This document shows positions 29,471 through 42,293 of a DNA stretch of 64,000 bases, piece by piece (the stretch's first letter is position 1; the number at the start of each line of letters is the position of its first letter). Below the pieces are notes generated by a model. The model saw only the letters and a program-made list of their open reading frames with translations. It did no database searches and was not told where the DNA came from. Location: NCBI RefSeq assembly GCF_009914755.1, contig NC_060947.1, one strand, 5' to 3'. This stretch comes from the human T2T-CHM13v2.0 reference genome, Homo sapiens. Both the position numbers and the translations under genes were made by a program.

Positions 29471-30584
29471 ATTACAGAGGCAACTGAAGAAATTTGCTGG
29501 GAAATATCACCCAGGGAATTATCGCTTGGGAATCTGTTCCAACAGCATCAACAAGGGGCTGTGATAAACTTAGGCAATGTCAGGTATTTGCAAAGACCTT
29601 TCCTGCATCAGGAAGAATAATGGCAATGCCAGTTCACTGCAAGTAAAAGGTGTGGATGCTGTTTAAGTGCCTTACTTTCAGAGCACTGTGTTTTTATTCA
29701 GAGCCTCACTTCACCACTAGATTCTGTAAGGAAAAAGTGTGCATAAATAATTAACGGACACCTTGTTTGGTAAGATCAAGATCATAATTTCTTTTTTTTT
29801 TCCTCCTCAGAGTTATAGGCACAAATCTGCCTTTCAGTGAATTACACAATTCCAATTCAATTCTTAAATCAAGAGGCACTGTTTAGAGTGTTTTATTTTA
29901 AAATCCATATAGAGAAAAATCTTCTAATGAGTTATCTAAAAATGGGCTGATTATTATCCTAGTTTATATAGAACTGAATATCCTTTGGGCAGCAAACATT
30001 ACTCTTCTCCTAGCTGTGTGCATTATGTTCAGGACTTACCTTCATTAGGACTTTTACCTGAGGGGCTGAGGTAGGTTCCGGTGTCCAGACTTGCTGGAGA
30101 GGTTCACACTCTGGCTAGGTAAGTAAAGAATGCTCATATTTATTCTTCCTCATTGTCTCCTGTTTATGTGTCCTTTTAATAGACATTCACACAGCGCTGA
30201 GGCTGTAAACCTCCTATCCAGATGGCAGACCACTCTTTGAAGGAATATTTTCAAAGGTCCCTGCCCAAATGACAGCAGTTAATTTCTTCCTAACGTGGTT
30301 ATTTGTGCCATAGAGCAATAGGAGGCACCTAATTTGGGCCATATAGACTTGGCAATTCATGTATAATTGTTGGCTTATTGAGCCAATGGTATTTTCAGTT
30401 GCATGAATAAACTCACTTTAATATTCTTGCTGATGCGTTTTCTGGTACCTAAATGTAAGCCAAAACTGCTTCCATATTTATCGGTCATTATTCACAGCCG
30501 GAAATTCCTCATGTTTTTTCATATGCAGCATGAACAAGAAACAACAGAACCAATGAATAAACAACTCTTGCACTGCCAACTTTA

Positions 30585-31083
30585 AAAGTTTTATTGAAAA
30601 TATATTTGTTTATATTATATATATTTAGAGAAGTGCACAGATCATAAGTGTATGCCTCAGTGAATTTTCATCAAGTGAACATATTTGTGCAACCAACACT
30701 CATATCAAGATACAAACTGTTACCTAGAAACCTCACTTGGTAAGCTTGTAGTCACAACCCCTCTTCCTGGTATAACCATTATCCTGACATCTAACACCAT
30801 TTACTAGTTTCTCTGTATTTGAACTTTGTAGCAATAAAAAACATATATATTCAATGTGTATTCTTCTGTGTCGAGCTTCATTTACTCATTTTGAGATATT
30901 TGCCTTTGCACATGTGAGTAGTTATAATTTGCTTGTTCTCACTGCTTTATAGTATTCCACTGTATGAATATACCATGATATATTTATCTTCTCTATTGTT
31001 GATAAGCAACTGGGTGCTTTTCAGTTTGGGGCTATTACTAACAGGGCTGCTATGAACATTTTTGTCTGTGTCTTTTGGTGCAC
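30585..31083 (-). mobile_element. L1M (ME/MC-like) 3' fragment
   Basis: TAGTATTCCACTGTATGAATATACCA, CAGTTTGGGGCTATTA. Confidence 0.7.
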
Positions 31084-31245
31084 TTTATTATTATTATTAT
31101 TATACTTTAAGTTTTAGGGTACATGTGCACAACGTGCAGGTTTGTTACATATGTATACATGTGCCATGTTGGTGTGCTGCACCCATTAACTTGTCATTTA
31201 GCATTAGGTATATCTCCTAATGCTATCCCTCCCCCCTCCCCCCCA
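31084..31245 (-). mobile_element. Young L1PA extreme 3' end
   Basis: TATACTTTAAGTTTTAGGGTACATGTGCACAACGTG...GCATTAGGTATATCTCCTAATGCT. Confidence 0.9.
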
Positions 31246-32569
31246 TTTTTTTTGACCTGTCTCCATCTTGCTATAATTAGAAGAAAAATTATGAAGTGAA
31301 GTGAAAATACCAATCTGAAAAAGATAAACCAATGATGCCACTGTTATCTGGGACTTGCTATGTGACTAATTATATTTTGAGCATAAACAACTCCCTCTGC
31401 CACAGTGCTTTTCCTCAGCAACCCAAACTCATTGAGTAACTTAGCAAAATGGCCCCGAGACACTCCTGTTCTCATTTGAAAATCAACCAAATAGCAGTTA
31501 GGGATGAAAGCAAAACTTAGGATAAATATATGCAAGTTTAAAGCCATATAGAACAGCACAGCCAAAAACACTCATTAAAATTACTCATGGACAAAAGAGA
31601 TTTGCACTAATTAAAATGCCCAGTCACTGTATAGTGGGCTAAGAGAAAAGACTGACTTAGCACCAAATGACTTCGTTTTATGGCTTTACATCAAACTTTT
31701 GAAAGATTTTCAGTTAAGGAAATGAAAGAAATATGAAAAGCAAATCTTCACAGGGAAACAGATAAAATATCACAGACCTAAGGAGATGCATTATCATCAT
31801 TATGGCAGCATTTTCTATAACATTTATGAATTTGGGCAATTTTTATTGCACTTGTTGTGAAGGGACAATTGAGCAGGTGCCATTTTATGAGGTACTTATT
31901 CTGTAGTGATTCCCAAGTGGAGAATCCACACATAAGGGTCAATTATTACGAGTCTAATAGAAATGCTGTGATTGGGAAAAATGCAAAGTAGCATTAATCT
32001 CCCCATTGCTCCCTTGAGCAGAGTTCAGCTGTCAATTTTAGTCCTGAGGAGCTTGGAGACCACCAACATGGCCAGAAGGATTTCAGATTTGTTACATCAA
32101 GGACAGAGTGAGCTGAATATTTTTAATCTAACCTGGAAAAACCAGTGCCTAATTTTAAAATTATAAGAATATATAAAAGAAAAGAAGATTAAATATTATT
32201 ACTATCATTGAAATATAGACTGGATGTTTCAGCATATTATCCTGAAATTTTAACCTTCAAGTTCAAAATCACTCCTATTTAAAACCCAACATCCTGATTC
32301 TCTGGCTTCTATTTGAGTGTTTATGTGACTAATCCTAATCATGGGGGATTTTATTCAGGTGATATGGGATTTATATTCCTACTTCTCATGAAAATCAGAA
32401 CGGCCACAAATTTTTCTAAAAATTGAATTAATAAATGTGAAATACATACCACCATTATTACACATTTGTTACTTATTAAGGTTAGATTTCATCCAGCATG
32501 TGTTTGCATGATATTCACATATAGTACCATTTACCACATACAGATGGGGCCGTAGATGTGGGGAAAAAA

Positions 32570-32830
32570 AGAGGGAAAGGTGAAAAGAATCTAGCATTTA
32601 TTGATCACCTATTATGTTTGAGGTAACAAGCTCAATATTTTATATGTGGCAGCTCATTTAATCCTTTCAGTAATGACTCAGGTATGATTTACTAAGCTCT
32701 CTACAGATCAGAAAGTTGAGGTGCATCGAGGTTAAACATCTTGTATCAGTGTTACCCTCTAGTGAATGGTGGATTCAGGAATCAGAGCCATGTCTGCCTG
32801 CGCACAATACTTTTCTGCCACACCACTTGG
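32570..32830 (-). mobile_element. MIR SINE
   Basis: CTCATTTAATCCT...TACAGATCAGAAAGTTGAGG..GAGGTTAA core. Confidence 0.65.
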
Positions 32831-32963
32831 CCTTCTCATTCTAAGGACCAATTCTCTGATAGTTAACATACTTAATGTCCTATAAGAAAGCTTGAAATTA
32901 ACATGCTCATGCTCACCTGCCAGTGCACCAAACAGTTCTCCAAGTTCAAGGCTATTGTCTCTC

Positions 32964-33905
32964 TGTCTTAGTTCATTTGTGCTGCTATAGCAAAATACCT
33001 GACACCGAGTAATTGATAAAGAACAGTTTTATTTCTTACAGTCAGGAAGCCCAAGATCAAGGCACTGGCAGGTTTGGTTGTCTGGTGAAGGCTGCTATCT
33101 CTGCTTCCAAGATGGCTCCTTGTTGCTGTGTCTTCTGGATGGGAGGAATGCTGTCCTTATGTTACAGGAAAGGGGTCCTGATCCAGACCCCAAGAGGGGG
33201 TTCTTGGGTCGCATGCAAGAAAAAATTCAGGGCAAGTCTGCAGTGCAAAGTGAAAGTAAGTTTATTAAGAAAGTAAAAGAATAAAAGAATGGCTACTCCG
33301 TAGACAGAGTAGCCCCAAAGACTGCTGGTTGCCCATTTTTATGGTTATTTCTTGATGATATGCTAAACAGGGGGCGGATTATTCATGTCTCCCCTTTTTA
33401 GACCATATAGGGTAACCTCCTGATGTTGCCATGGCATGGCGCTGGTGGGAGTGTAGCAGTGAGGATGACCAGAGGTCACTCTTATCGCCATTTTGGTTTT
33501 GGTGGGTTTTGGCTGGCCCCTTCACTGCAACCTGTTTTATCAGCAAGGTCTTTATGACCTGTATTTTGTGCTGACCTCGTATCTCATCCTGTGACTTAGA
33601 ATGCCTTATCCGTCTGGGAATGCAGCCCAGTAGGTTTCAGCCTCATTTTACCCAGCTACTATTTAAGATGGAGTTGCTCTGGTTCACATACCTCTGACAT
33701 TTACATGGTGCAAAGTGGAAGGTGGAAGAGCAAGTGAGAGCTGAATGCTGGTTGAAGCCTCTTTTATTAAGACCTTTGACCCATTCATAAAGGGAAGAGC
33801 CCTCATGAACTAATCATCTTTTAGGGCCCCAATTCTTACTGCTATCACATTGGCCATTAAGTTTCAACACCTAAATTTTGGAGGGGACACATTCAAACCA
33901 TGACA
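32964..33905 (-). mobile_element. MSTD-like MaLR LTR interrupted by MER41
   Basis: TG..CA ends; TSD CTCTC at 32959-32963 and 33906-33910. Confidence 0.8.
33160..33699 (-). mobile_element. MER41 (MER41A-like) solo LTR
   Basis: Reverse complement starts TGTCAGAGG..GAACCAGAGCAACTCCATCTT; 540 bp; 4-bp TSD CTTA/TTTA. Confidence 0.9.
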
Positions 33906-34689
33906 CTCTCATATCAATTTTGACACCAGCAAAGTTTTTTTGAGGAATCTCAAGGGATGCTTACCAACTTCCAGTTATGGGTTTCAGAACAGCAAGGAAG
34001 GTTCAGCCATCAGTTGCAGACTGGCCTGGACCAAAGTCAAGATGTCAAGAAGGGACAAGACACAATCCCCAGGCCAATACTACCTCGATTTGAAACAGTC
34101 CACATCCCCATTTCCTCATGCCTTACCCAAGTTTGATCTTTTCCCTGTATCCAGTCTCCTCCAACTCCAAAACATCCTCTATGCTGCTGCCAGAGTCTTA
34201 AGGCTTCTAAAATGCAAATCTATGCCACCTTGACTCTGAAAAAGTATTTAATGATTCCACATAGAATTATGACAACATTTAAAATTCTTAGATCAGCACA
34301 CAAAAATGGGGCCCCTTCTTCCCTCTTTGGCCTTGCCTCTCCCCGATCTCCCTTCACCCTCACATCTTTGTCTCTGGCCATTATTTCAGAATATCCCTGT
34401 ATGTGACAAGCTGCTTCTTATAGCTATGCCTTTTCCTATGCAGTTTATCTACCTAGAATACTTTTCCTTCCCTTTTTTCCTAAGTAAATCCAACTTTGTC
34501 ATTCATAGTTCAACTCCAACATTAATTCCTCTAAGCCTCAATGTCTGATTTGTATGTCTTGATGTGTACTCAAATATGATAGAATTACATTATTGAATTA
34601 TAAGAATTTACTTCCGGTGTTTCCTATTATAAGGTAAGCTTCTCGAAGACAGGAACTATAATTTCAGGAATGTTACTCTCTGTAAATAG

Positions 34690-34910
34690 CATGAGAGCAT
34701 GGGCTCTGCTTCATGTGTCTTGAATTTAAATCTAAGCTCTATCATTTACTGAACATCTGACTTCCTCCTCCTAAGCCTTGCTTCTCATCTATGAAATGGA
34801 GCATTATCTCCCTTGCAGGGTTATTGTTAGGATTAAGTGATATTAACCCATGTAAATAAAGCACAGTGCCTGCCATATGGTAAGTACTCAATAAATGTTA
34901 GCTATTATCA
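34690..34910 (+). mobile_element. MIR SINE
   Basis: CTCATCTATGAAATGG...GGATTAAGTGA...AATAAATGTTAGCTATTAT. Confidence 0.75.
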
Positions 34911-35161
34911 TAACGAGAAGAAAAGTAACCATTTACTTAATGAATAATTATTCTCAATGTATAATAGTAATGACTGAATGCAACAACATATTAATAGTGT
35001 TTTGAAAGACTTTTACCTTTGTCAAAATTATTATAGGAACTCTTAACAAGAGATAAAAGTTTTGGTAATTAATAGAGGAAGGAAACTAAGATGTCTTTTG
35101 GTATCCTTGTTCCATTTTGTAGATTCAAGAATTTATAGAATTGAGGCCCTATAACATCAAA

Positions 35162-35772
35162 TGTATCAGTTAGGGTTTGATTGAAGAAGCAGAACATGAA
35201 ATAATGGTTTTCTTCCATGTATTAGACCTTGGGCAATTGAAGAAGTCTATGCAAAGCTATTGCTTTCATGTCTGGTGGTGAGTCCAAGGTCACTGTGGGT
35301 CAGCAGAATCAGCAACCAGGAAGCAAAGCTGGACCTGAGATGAAAGAGTGGGAGAAGACAAACTAGAACTTTCGCAAACAAACTGGAACCCACCAGGACA
35401 AACTGTCTCCCACTAACTCCAACCTTAATAATATAAATAACCTGAAAAAGGAGACAGTATCCTTTACCATAGAATTATACACATCCTTGGCTCAAGTCTT
35501 GGAGAAACTGAAGGGCACGACCTGGTGGAAGCTGAACAAGTTAAGACCTGGTGGATGCTGGAACCAACAAAGTGAGCCAGCAGATAGGCAACGATATGCG
35601 TGAGCAATAGCAGTGCTTGAAGCCCTGCGCTGGCCTTTAGGTCATAAAGGCTGCTCACTTGCACCTCCTTAATCTCACGTAAGTTTCTCTTGGGGCCAAC
35701 CCTAGCCACAAGGGAGAGGAAATATTGGAAATGCAGTTCCAACCCAGGTGAACTGACACACCAAGTAACAAC
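35162..35772 (-). mobile_element. MLT2-type ERVL LTR
   Basis: TGTATCAGTTAGGGT start and GGAAATGCAGTTCC..ACTGACAC end. Confidence 0.6.
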
Positions 35773-36543
35773 TCTAAAGATACATACTTGTAAAACTGTC
35801 CCTAGAAGCCAATTTTCTTCCCATTAGATTACTCTCCCATCAATAATAGTATCAATCTCAAGGATGATAAGAATGTATATTTTACTTTGGATGGATGAAG
35901 TATTAAAATTTTGAAAGTAGACCTCAAATCAGCAGATTTTCATCAAAAGAATGCTATTCTTTCCAGTAATTCTCATGAACTTTGTTTTGTAGTAGCAAAT
36001 GGTCTGTGAAATCATTCAGGCCTAACCTCCTTACTCAATACATCAACCACGTTGGAAAATCTTGGCTTAGCACCAATCTATAGAATATTCTACCTCTTGA
36101 CAAAATAGGAAGGGTTATTTCCAGAGAAATTTTCAGAGAAATTTCTGAATTTTTCAGTTTTGTTCAAGATCATAGAAACCCATTTTTACTTACTTGGAAG
36201 CTTTTGGTCTCTCAGAGTTGGTCTAGTCTAAGACCATAAAACCACAAGTAGCCACCAACCTTTTCTTTAAAAATTTTGTGAAAACCCTTTCAACACTCCA
36301 AACTCTACTACTTTAATAGTAAGGAAAATTTTACCTATAGGAGAACCTGGGTTTCTATGCAACCTTTGATTTAAGTAGCTTCATCCAACTAGTTACATAT
36401 TGCTCCAAAAGCTGTGAAGTACAATGAACAAAACACTCAACTGAAATCCATGTGATTTTTTAAGAAGTACCTCTAGGTGGCCCCAGAGTTCTGCTTCTGC
36501 TCTGAAATCTGGGTTCTTAGTCTTCACTAACATGGCGACTCCA

Positions 36544-36770
36544 GGGGAGGGGGGAGGGATAGCATTAGGAGATATACCTAATGTAAATGACAAGTTAATG
36601 GGTGCAGCACACTAACATGGCACATGTATACATATGTAACAAACCTGCGCGGTGTGCACGTGTACCCTAGAACTTAAAGTATAATTAAAAAAAAGAAAAT
36701 TCCATCCAATAACTAGATAACATTTATTAAAATAAATAGCAAAAAAAAAATTATTAGCAAAAAAAAAAAA
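36544..36770 (+). mobile_element. 5'-truncated L1PA with a 3'-transduced segment
   Basis: TSD AACATGGCGACTCCA at 36529-36543 and 36771-36785. Confidence 0.9.
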
Positions 36771-37859
36771 AACATGGCGACTCCAAAACATTTTCATCGT
36801 GATAATTACTCATTTATGGCAAGCTATAGCCCCTTACCTCCATTCCATTCCATCCCATTCTAACATAATAATAAGTTTTTTTAGTGCTCTTTTTTTCACA
36901 ACACATTTCTTCAATTCTCCTCACACTTAGCTCTTGTCTTGCCTTTCCTTTAGATGATTTAGCACAAAAAACATGAATCAGTAGAGTCTCCTAATACTCC
37001 ATTTTGTATATAGCATATAAAGTACTTGTTAAATATCCTGACTGATTTTTGAATTTTCATTTGCTTTGAGAAGGACAGTAAAGGCACTTTAACCGTGCCT
37101 GGGCACCATTTTTCCCATGATAAATGGCAGATTTCAAGAATGTGGCTTCTTCATCTCTGGCTGAACCTCCACTTGAAGGGCTTTGGTTATTCACATAAGA
37201 CTTTCCATGACACATTCAGGGCTAATTCACAGGGCATGTTTGCCTGAGACAGCCGGATCTCCAGGGGTTGGACTGAGATGTTAGAAACCTCAGTGTGAGG
37301 ATGGGAACTGGCTTCAGAGTACAGTTTTAAAGCGCTTGTTTTTCTGAACCGGGGAACCAGAGTTCAGCAGCATCTTCAGAGTAAGGACCTTCTGCTTGGG
37401 GATCAGTATCAGGAATATTTCCATGCAAAACTCTACTCATGTCCTCCCCTGTAGTTTTTTTTTTCCCCTTCTGTGACCAGTCCTGTCTGCCATTCTTGCT
37501 AATTCTTTCTATGCTATTAAGTGGAACAAGAATATTTACTGATGATTGCCTAACACACCATGTGTCCCAAAGATGTTTTAGTTTAATGATATAGTATCTA
37601 ATATTAGAATAAAACAGTGGTTAATACCTTGGGGTTTAGAGTAAGAGAGATGTGTGCTGAATTCTAGCTCTGCCATTCGCTAGCTGTGCCACCTCAGAAA
37701 AAGTAGTTGACTCCTTTGAGTTTGGTTTCCTAAATGATATTATAAAAACAATACCTCAGGGCCTTTCTGCGAGGATCAAATAAAATGTTAGTGGATATAA
37801 TGATTAGCACTGAGAGTGCATGCCATAAAGTGGTAGCTCTTACTATTTTAATATTGATT

Positions 37860-37986
37860 ATACTGAAGTGAAATTAATGGCACCAGATAGGAACAAGTTT
37901 AAAGCCTGAATAGAAACACAAGATGTGGTACAGACTCCATGCTTTCAACTTGTTCCTATCTGGTGCCATTACTTTCACTTCAGTAT
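37860..37986. repeat. Inverted repeat, 46-bp arms (44/46 match), 35-nt loop; TA-flanked and MITE-like
   Basis: Arms at 37860-37905 and 37941-37986, compared by hand. Confidence 0.9.
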
Positions 37987-39215
37987 TTCACTGTTTATGA
38001 ATTGTGAGACCTTGGGAACATTACTTAACCCCCTATGTGTTTGTCTCTTCATCGGCAGATTGGGGAGAATAGCTACTTCTTTTGGGCCATTGTGAAAATT
38101 AAAAAAAAAAAAAAACATAATGTACTTAAGAAGGATATAGTATATAACCAATACACAATGAAGCTTCTAATCATCCCTCAGAATGAGCTATCTGTGTACA
38201 GAAAAACCTGATTTTAATATGTGCTTTTTCATTTGTTAGACATTCTTAAGTAAAAAAGCAAAGCACTCTGATTGAGGGTGGCAAGCTATGAAAATTTAGC
38301 CTCTAAGCAACAAACTGGACAAATTTTGAGAACAGGACAGAGAAAATGGCTCTCATATCTTTCATATCACACACATTTTTTCCCAGATTGCTTTGCAAGT
38401 TATTATAGGGGACATGATATTTAAATAACTGTCATTGCATGTAGGTGTCCACAGATTTCAGGAAAAGGAAAAGTTGGAAGTAGAATTAGATATTGCTGAG
38501 TGTAAATAACAATCATGGGGAGGTTGTTTAAAAATGCAGAACCTCAATTCTCGTCACACAGAGTCTAAGTATATATAGGTCATGCTCAGGAACCCACATT
38601 TTCAGAAGAATTCCAGGTGATTCTAGTACCCTACTTTGAGAATCATGACAGTAAGGACCTTTAAAACTTGTAAAATTCCATTTCTAGTAACTCAGACTCT
38701 AAAACCAAGATGTTATCACTACTTATTCTAGTCTTAAAGAATGTGCCCAACTATTTGTGTACAAATATATGTGCAAGAATGTTTGCTATTGATAAGGGTG
38801 AAAGTTCAGCAGCAGTATAAATGTCCAGCAATAAAGGATTCCTTAAGTAAATCATGTCAGTTCTGTCTACATGCTGGAATGCTATGTAGCCATTCAAATT
38901 AAGACAATTTTTACATGCTCATAATTTAGTGGTAAGTGAAAAGAGAAGATAGTGTAGATGTATACAATATGCATCCATTTGTCAAAAAATATATGCACAG
39001 AGGCTAAAGGATATATGCCAAAGTGCTATTGTGCTTAGTTCTGGATAGAAGGTTATGGATAATTTTACAATTTCCTTTGTGCTTTCTAGTGCATTCAAGA
39101 TTTTATGCATTTAATGTCTGTTAGCTTCACGATTAGAAATTTTAAAGTATATTTTTAAGATTAAAAGTGTCAGTATATACATGCATTGCTCAGTAAATAC
39201 AATTGCCAAGAGAAC

Positions 39216-39741
39216 TGTAGTAGGCAGAATAATGGGTCTCCCAAAATATCCATGTTCTAATTCTCAGAAACTGTGAGATCTTACCTTACGTGGCAAAAGG
39301 GACCTTAAATATCTGATCAAGGGTTTGTCAGAGACCTTAAGATAGAGATCATTCCAGTATCTGGTGGACCCAATTTAATCAAATGAGTCCCTAAAAGCAG
39401 AGAATTTTCATGGGCTGCGGTCAGAGAGAGATGCAATGACAGAAGGGTCAGAAAGACAGATGTGAGAATGACTCAACCTGCCTTTGCTGACTTTGAAGAC
39501 GGAGGAAGGGAACCCCAAGACAAAGAATGCTGATGGTCTCTAGAAGCTGGAAAAAGGAAGAACACAGATTTTCCCCTCAGGGCTCCAGAGAGGAGTGAAG
39601 TTCTTACTTACATCTTGATCTTAGCCCAGTGAGATCCGTGTTGAACATGAAGCCCAGAGAACTGGAAGATGATAAATGTGTGTTGTTGTAAACTGCTAAG
39701 TTTGTGGTAATTTGTTACAGCAGCAACAGAAAACTAATACA
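39216..39741 (+). mobile_element. MLT1D-type MaLR LTR
   Basis: TGTAGTAGGCAGAATAATGG start and GAAAACTAATACA end. Confidence 0.85.
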
Positions 39742-40304
39742 AAAGCAAAGCTAAACATCTCCCAACGTTTAATCTTTTTACCGCTGTGTAGACCCTCTGC
39801 CACAATCAGTAATCAAAAGTTTTGACTCACCCTGATGCATACAAAAAGGAGTTTTACTATCTCACATAACCAGAAACAGGATGGACTTTATCACAGAGTC
39901 ACAGAACTCTGGCTGTTGACAGTTCTCTTGGCCCTGGACTCTACTGTGTATTGACAAGATGACTGCCCCAGCACCAGGCCTCACTTCCACACACGATAAT
40001 GTCCAGAGAAAGAGCAGGACTGTCTCTTCCTGTGTCTTCTACATGAGAGTGAGGAGGTTTTCCTAACACCCCTCAGCTATGTATGTTGTGATTCTGAGCA
40101 TGAAATCTAGAACCAGACTGACTGGATTAGAATAACAATGCTGCTATTTAGCAGCTGTGTAGCCTTTCTTGGACAAGTTACTTAACCTTTTTGTGCCGAA
40201 TTTTCCTCAACTGTAAGGTGGAATAAGTACATTTTATTCTACCTAATTGAGGTATTACATAAGTTATTATTTGTATAGAGCTTAGAATATTAGTTGGCAC
40301 GTAA

Positions 40305-40782
40305 TGTATATAGTAGATTGTTGTAGTATTTGTTCAAGTCTCCACGTATTCACATCCTTGGGTCCCTTCCACACTGACTTTGGGCTCAGCCATGTAACTT
40401 GCTTTGGCCAATGAAAGGATAGTAGGCATGACATAAGCAGAGTTATGCAAAGCACTTGCTTATTGGGGGCTTGCCTTTTCTTGCTACTCTGAACACCGTC
40501 ATATGAAGCAGCCCAGGGCAGCCTGCTGGAGAGGAAAGACACACTGCTTCTGTTGCTCTGTCCAACAACCAGACATACGAATGAAGCCATCCTGGACTAA
40601 CCAGTCACCAGTCATCCATCCAGCTGACCACAGATACCTGAGCAAGTTCAGTCCAGATTAGCCAAGTCAGCCCAGACCTGTAGAGCCTCACAGCCAACCC
40701 ATAGAATTGTGAAATAAATAAAGTCACTCAGTTTTGGGGGTGGTTTGTTATGTACCAAATATTAATTAAGGCTAACTGATAC
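40305..40782 (+). mobile_element. MLT1H/I-type MaLR LTR inserted into a MIR (~40080-40810)
   Basis: GCCATGTAACTTGCTTTGGCCAATG; end GCTAACTGATACA; the MIR tail resumes GTGAGCACTCAATAA. Confidence 0.65.
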
Positions 40783-42293
40783 AGTGAGCACTCAATAAGA
40801 ATTAGCTATAATTTGCTATTGAGCTTCATTGACCAATCACCAACAATGAGGTGATTAACGAAACAGTCATAACAATGATCAATTTAAACCAGAGGCTCTC
40901 CACCCTGGTATCATTAAAGGTAGGTGAAGCATTAGCAAGATACAAAGGTATTTCTAGTGTGCAGTCAGAGTTGGACACATTTGATTTGGAGTAATCATTG
41001 AGAGGGAATATATATTGATATGTCAGTCATTATGATCATTACATGCATGGTCACATAGCTGGTCAATGGCAGAGCAGTGACATTGGCTAGATCTCCGGAG
41101 ACCCTGCCTGGTGTTTTTTTTCTATCATTTCATGCTGTGGAAAACAGTGATATCCTCAGGCATTCACAACAAGTTAATTACTGGGCATATTGTCCAACAG
41201 CAGAAGAAAGCTTGTTCACACTGTTTTTCTTTGAGCTCCACATATTCTGAGGCAAAATTTTTTTTAAAAAAACTTCAGATAACATTACTGAGACCTTTTT
41301 TCTTTTTTTCCTGCATGCCCAGCAGCTGGTGAGTGTTCAGCATTAGATATGAGAAGTTAAGCTGAATAAACTGGAGGAAAACCTTCTGGAGAAAGCAAGC
41401 TCAGCTTTAAAAAAAAAAAGTGCTAAGTTTGCCGACTCAAGAGCCCAGGACAGCTTAATAAAATTGAACGGAGGAAAACCAATTAAACACTTTAAACTGC
41501 TATTCTGGAGCTCACCAAAACAACACAAATCAAAAGAGAAAATATTCAATTATTAGTAGCAGCTGGATCTTGGTGAAAGTTTTTTTAGTTAAGTCAAGTC
41601 CACCCTCTTGCTGTTGCTTCCCAGAGGGCCAAATGATTTTTCAATCTCCAGAAAGTACTTCACTGTGGATTTACCCACAGGGATAGTCAAAGAAACACTA
41701 ATGGCCTAATGCATAGCTCTGAACGTCCTACTTCTCCTTTCAAAAACTTTCAGGTGCCCCCCATGGCTTATCAATATCCTTTACCTGCTAGAGAAAGCCT
41801 TTTGCAATATGACCCTCACCCCCATACCTTTCCTACTTTATTACTTTCCCTACCTGTAGCCTGAGTTCTTGGCAAACTGTGGGGCTCACTGTCCCCTAAC
41901 AAACCCTGTTCTCTGTGGCTTCTTTGTGCTTATGCCCTGCTCCAACTCATCCTCTCCATATATCCCCACTGGTTAAATAACCCATTTTTCAAAGCCAACC
42001 TCAGATGCTAACTTCTTAAAGGCTTTCCTTATCTTTTGTAAAAACTCACCAGCCACAGACCACCTGTGACACAACTGTAGTCAATGTGGATTTAACTTGC
42101 TGTAGTTCAGAAGAATGCATCAGAGGAACCATCAGTATTCGGGTTTGTGCTGAACGATTTAAGAAGGGTTTAAAAAGGTTGGGGGCATTTCTGGATTGGA
42201 TGCTGTCAAGAAGCAGGGACCACTTGGTAATTAGGTATCTTGATACATTTTATCCAAAGGGCAGGAGAATTAAAGCAATGTTAGAATTGTCAT

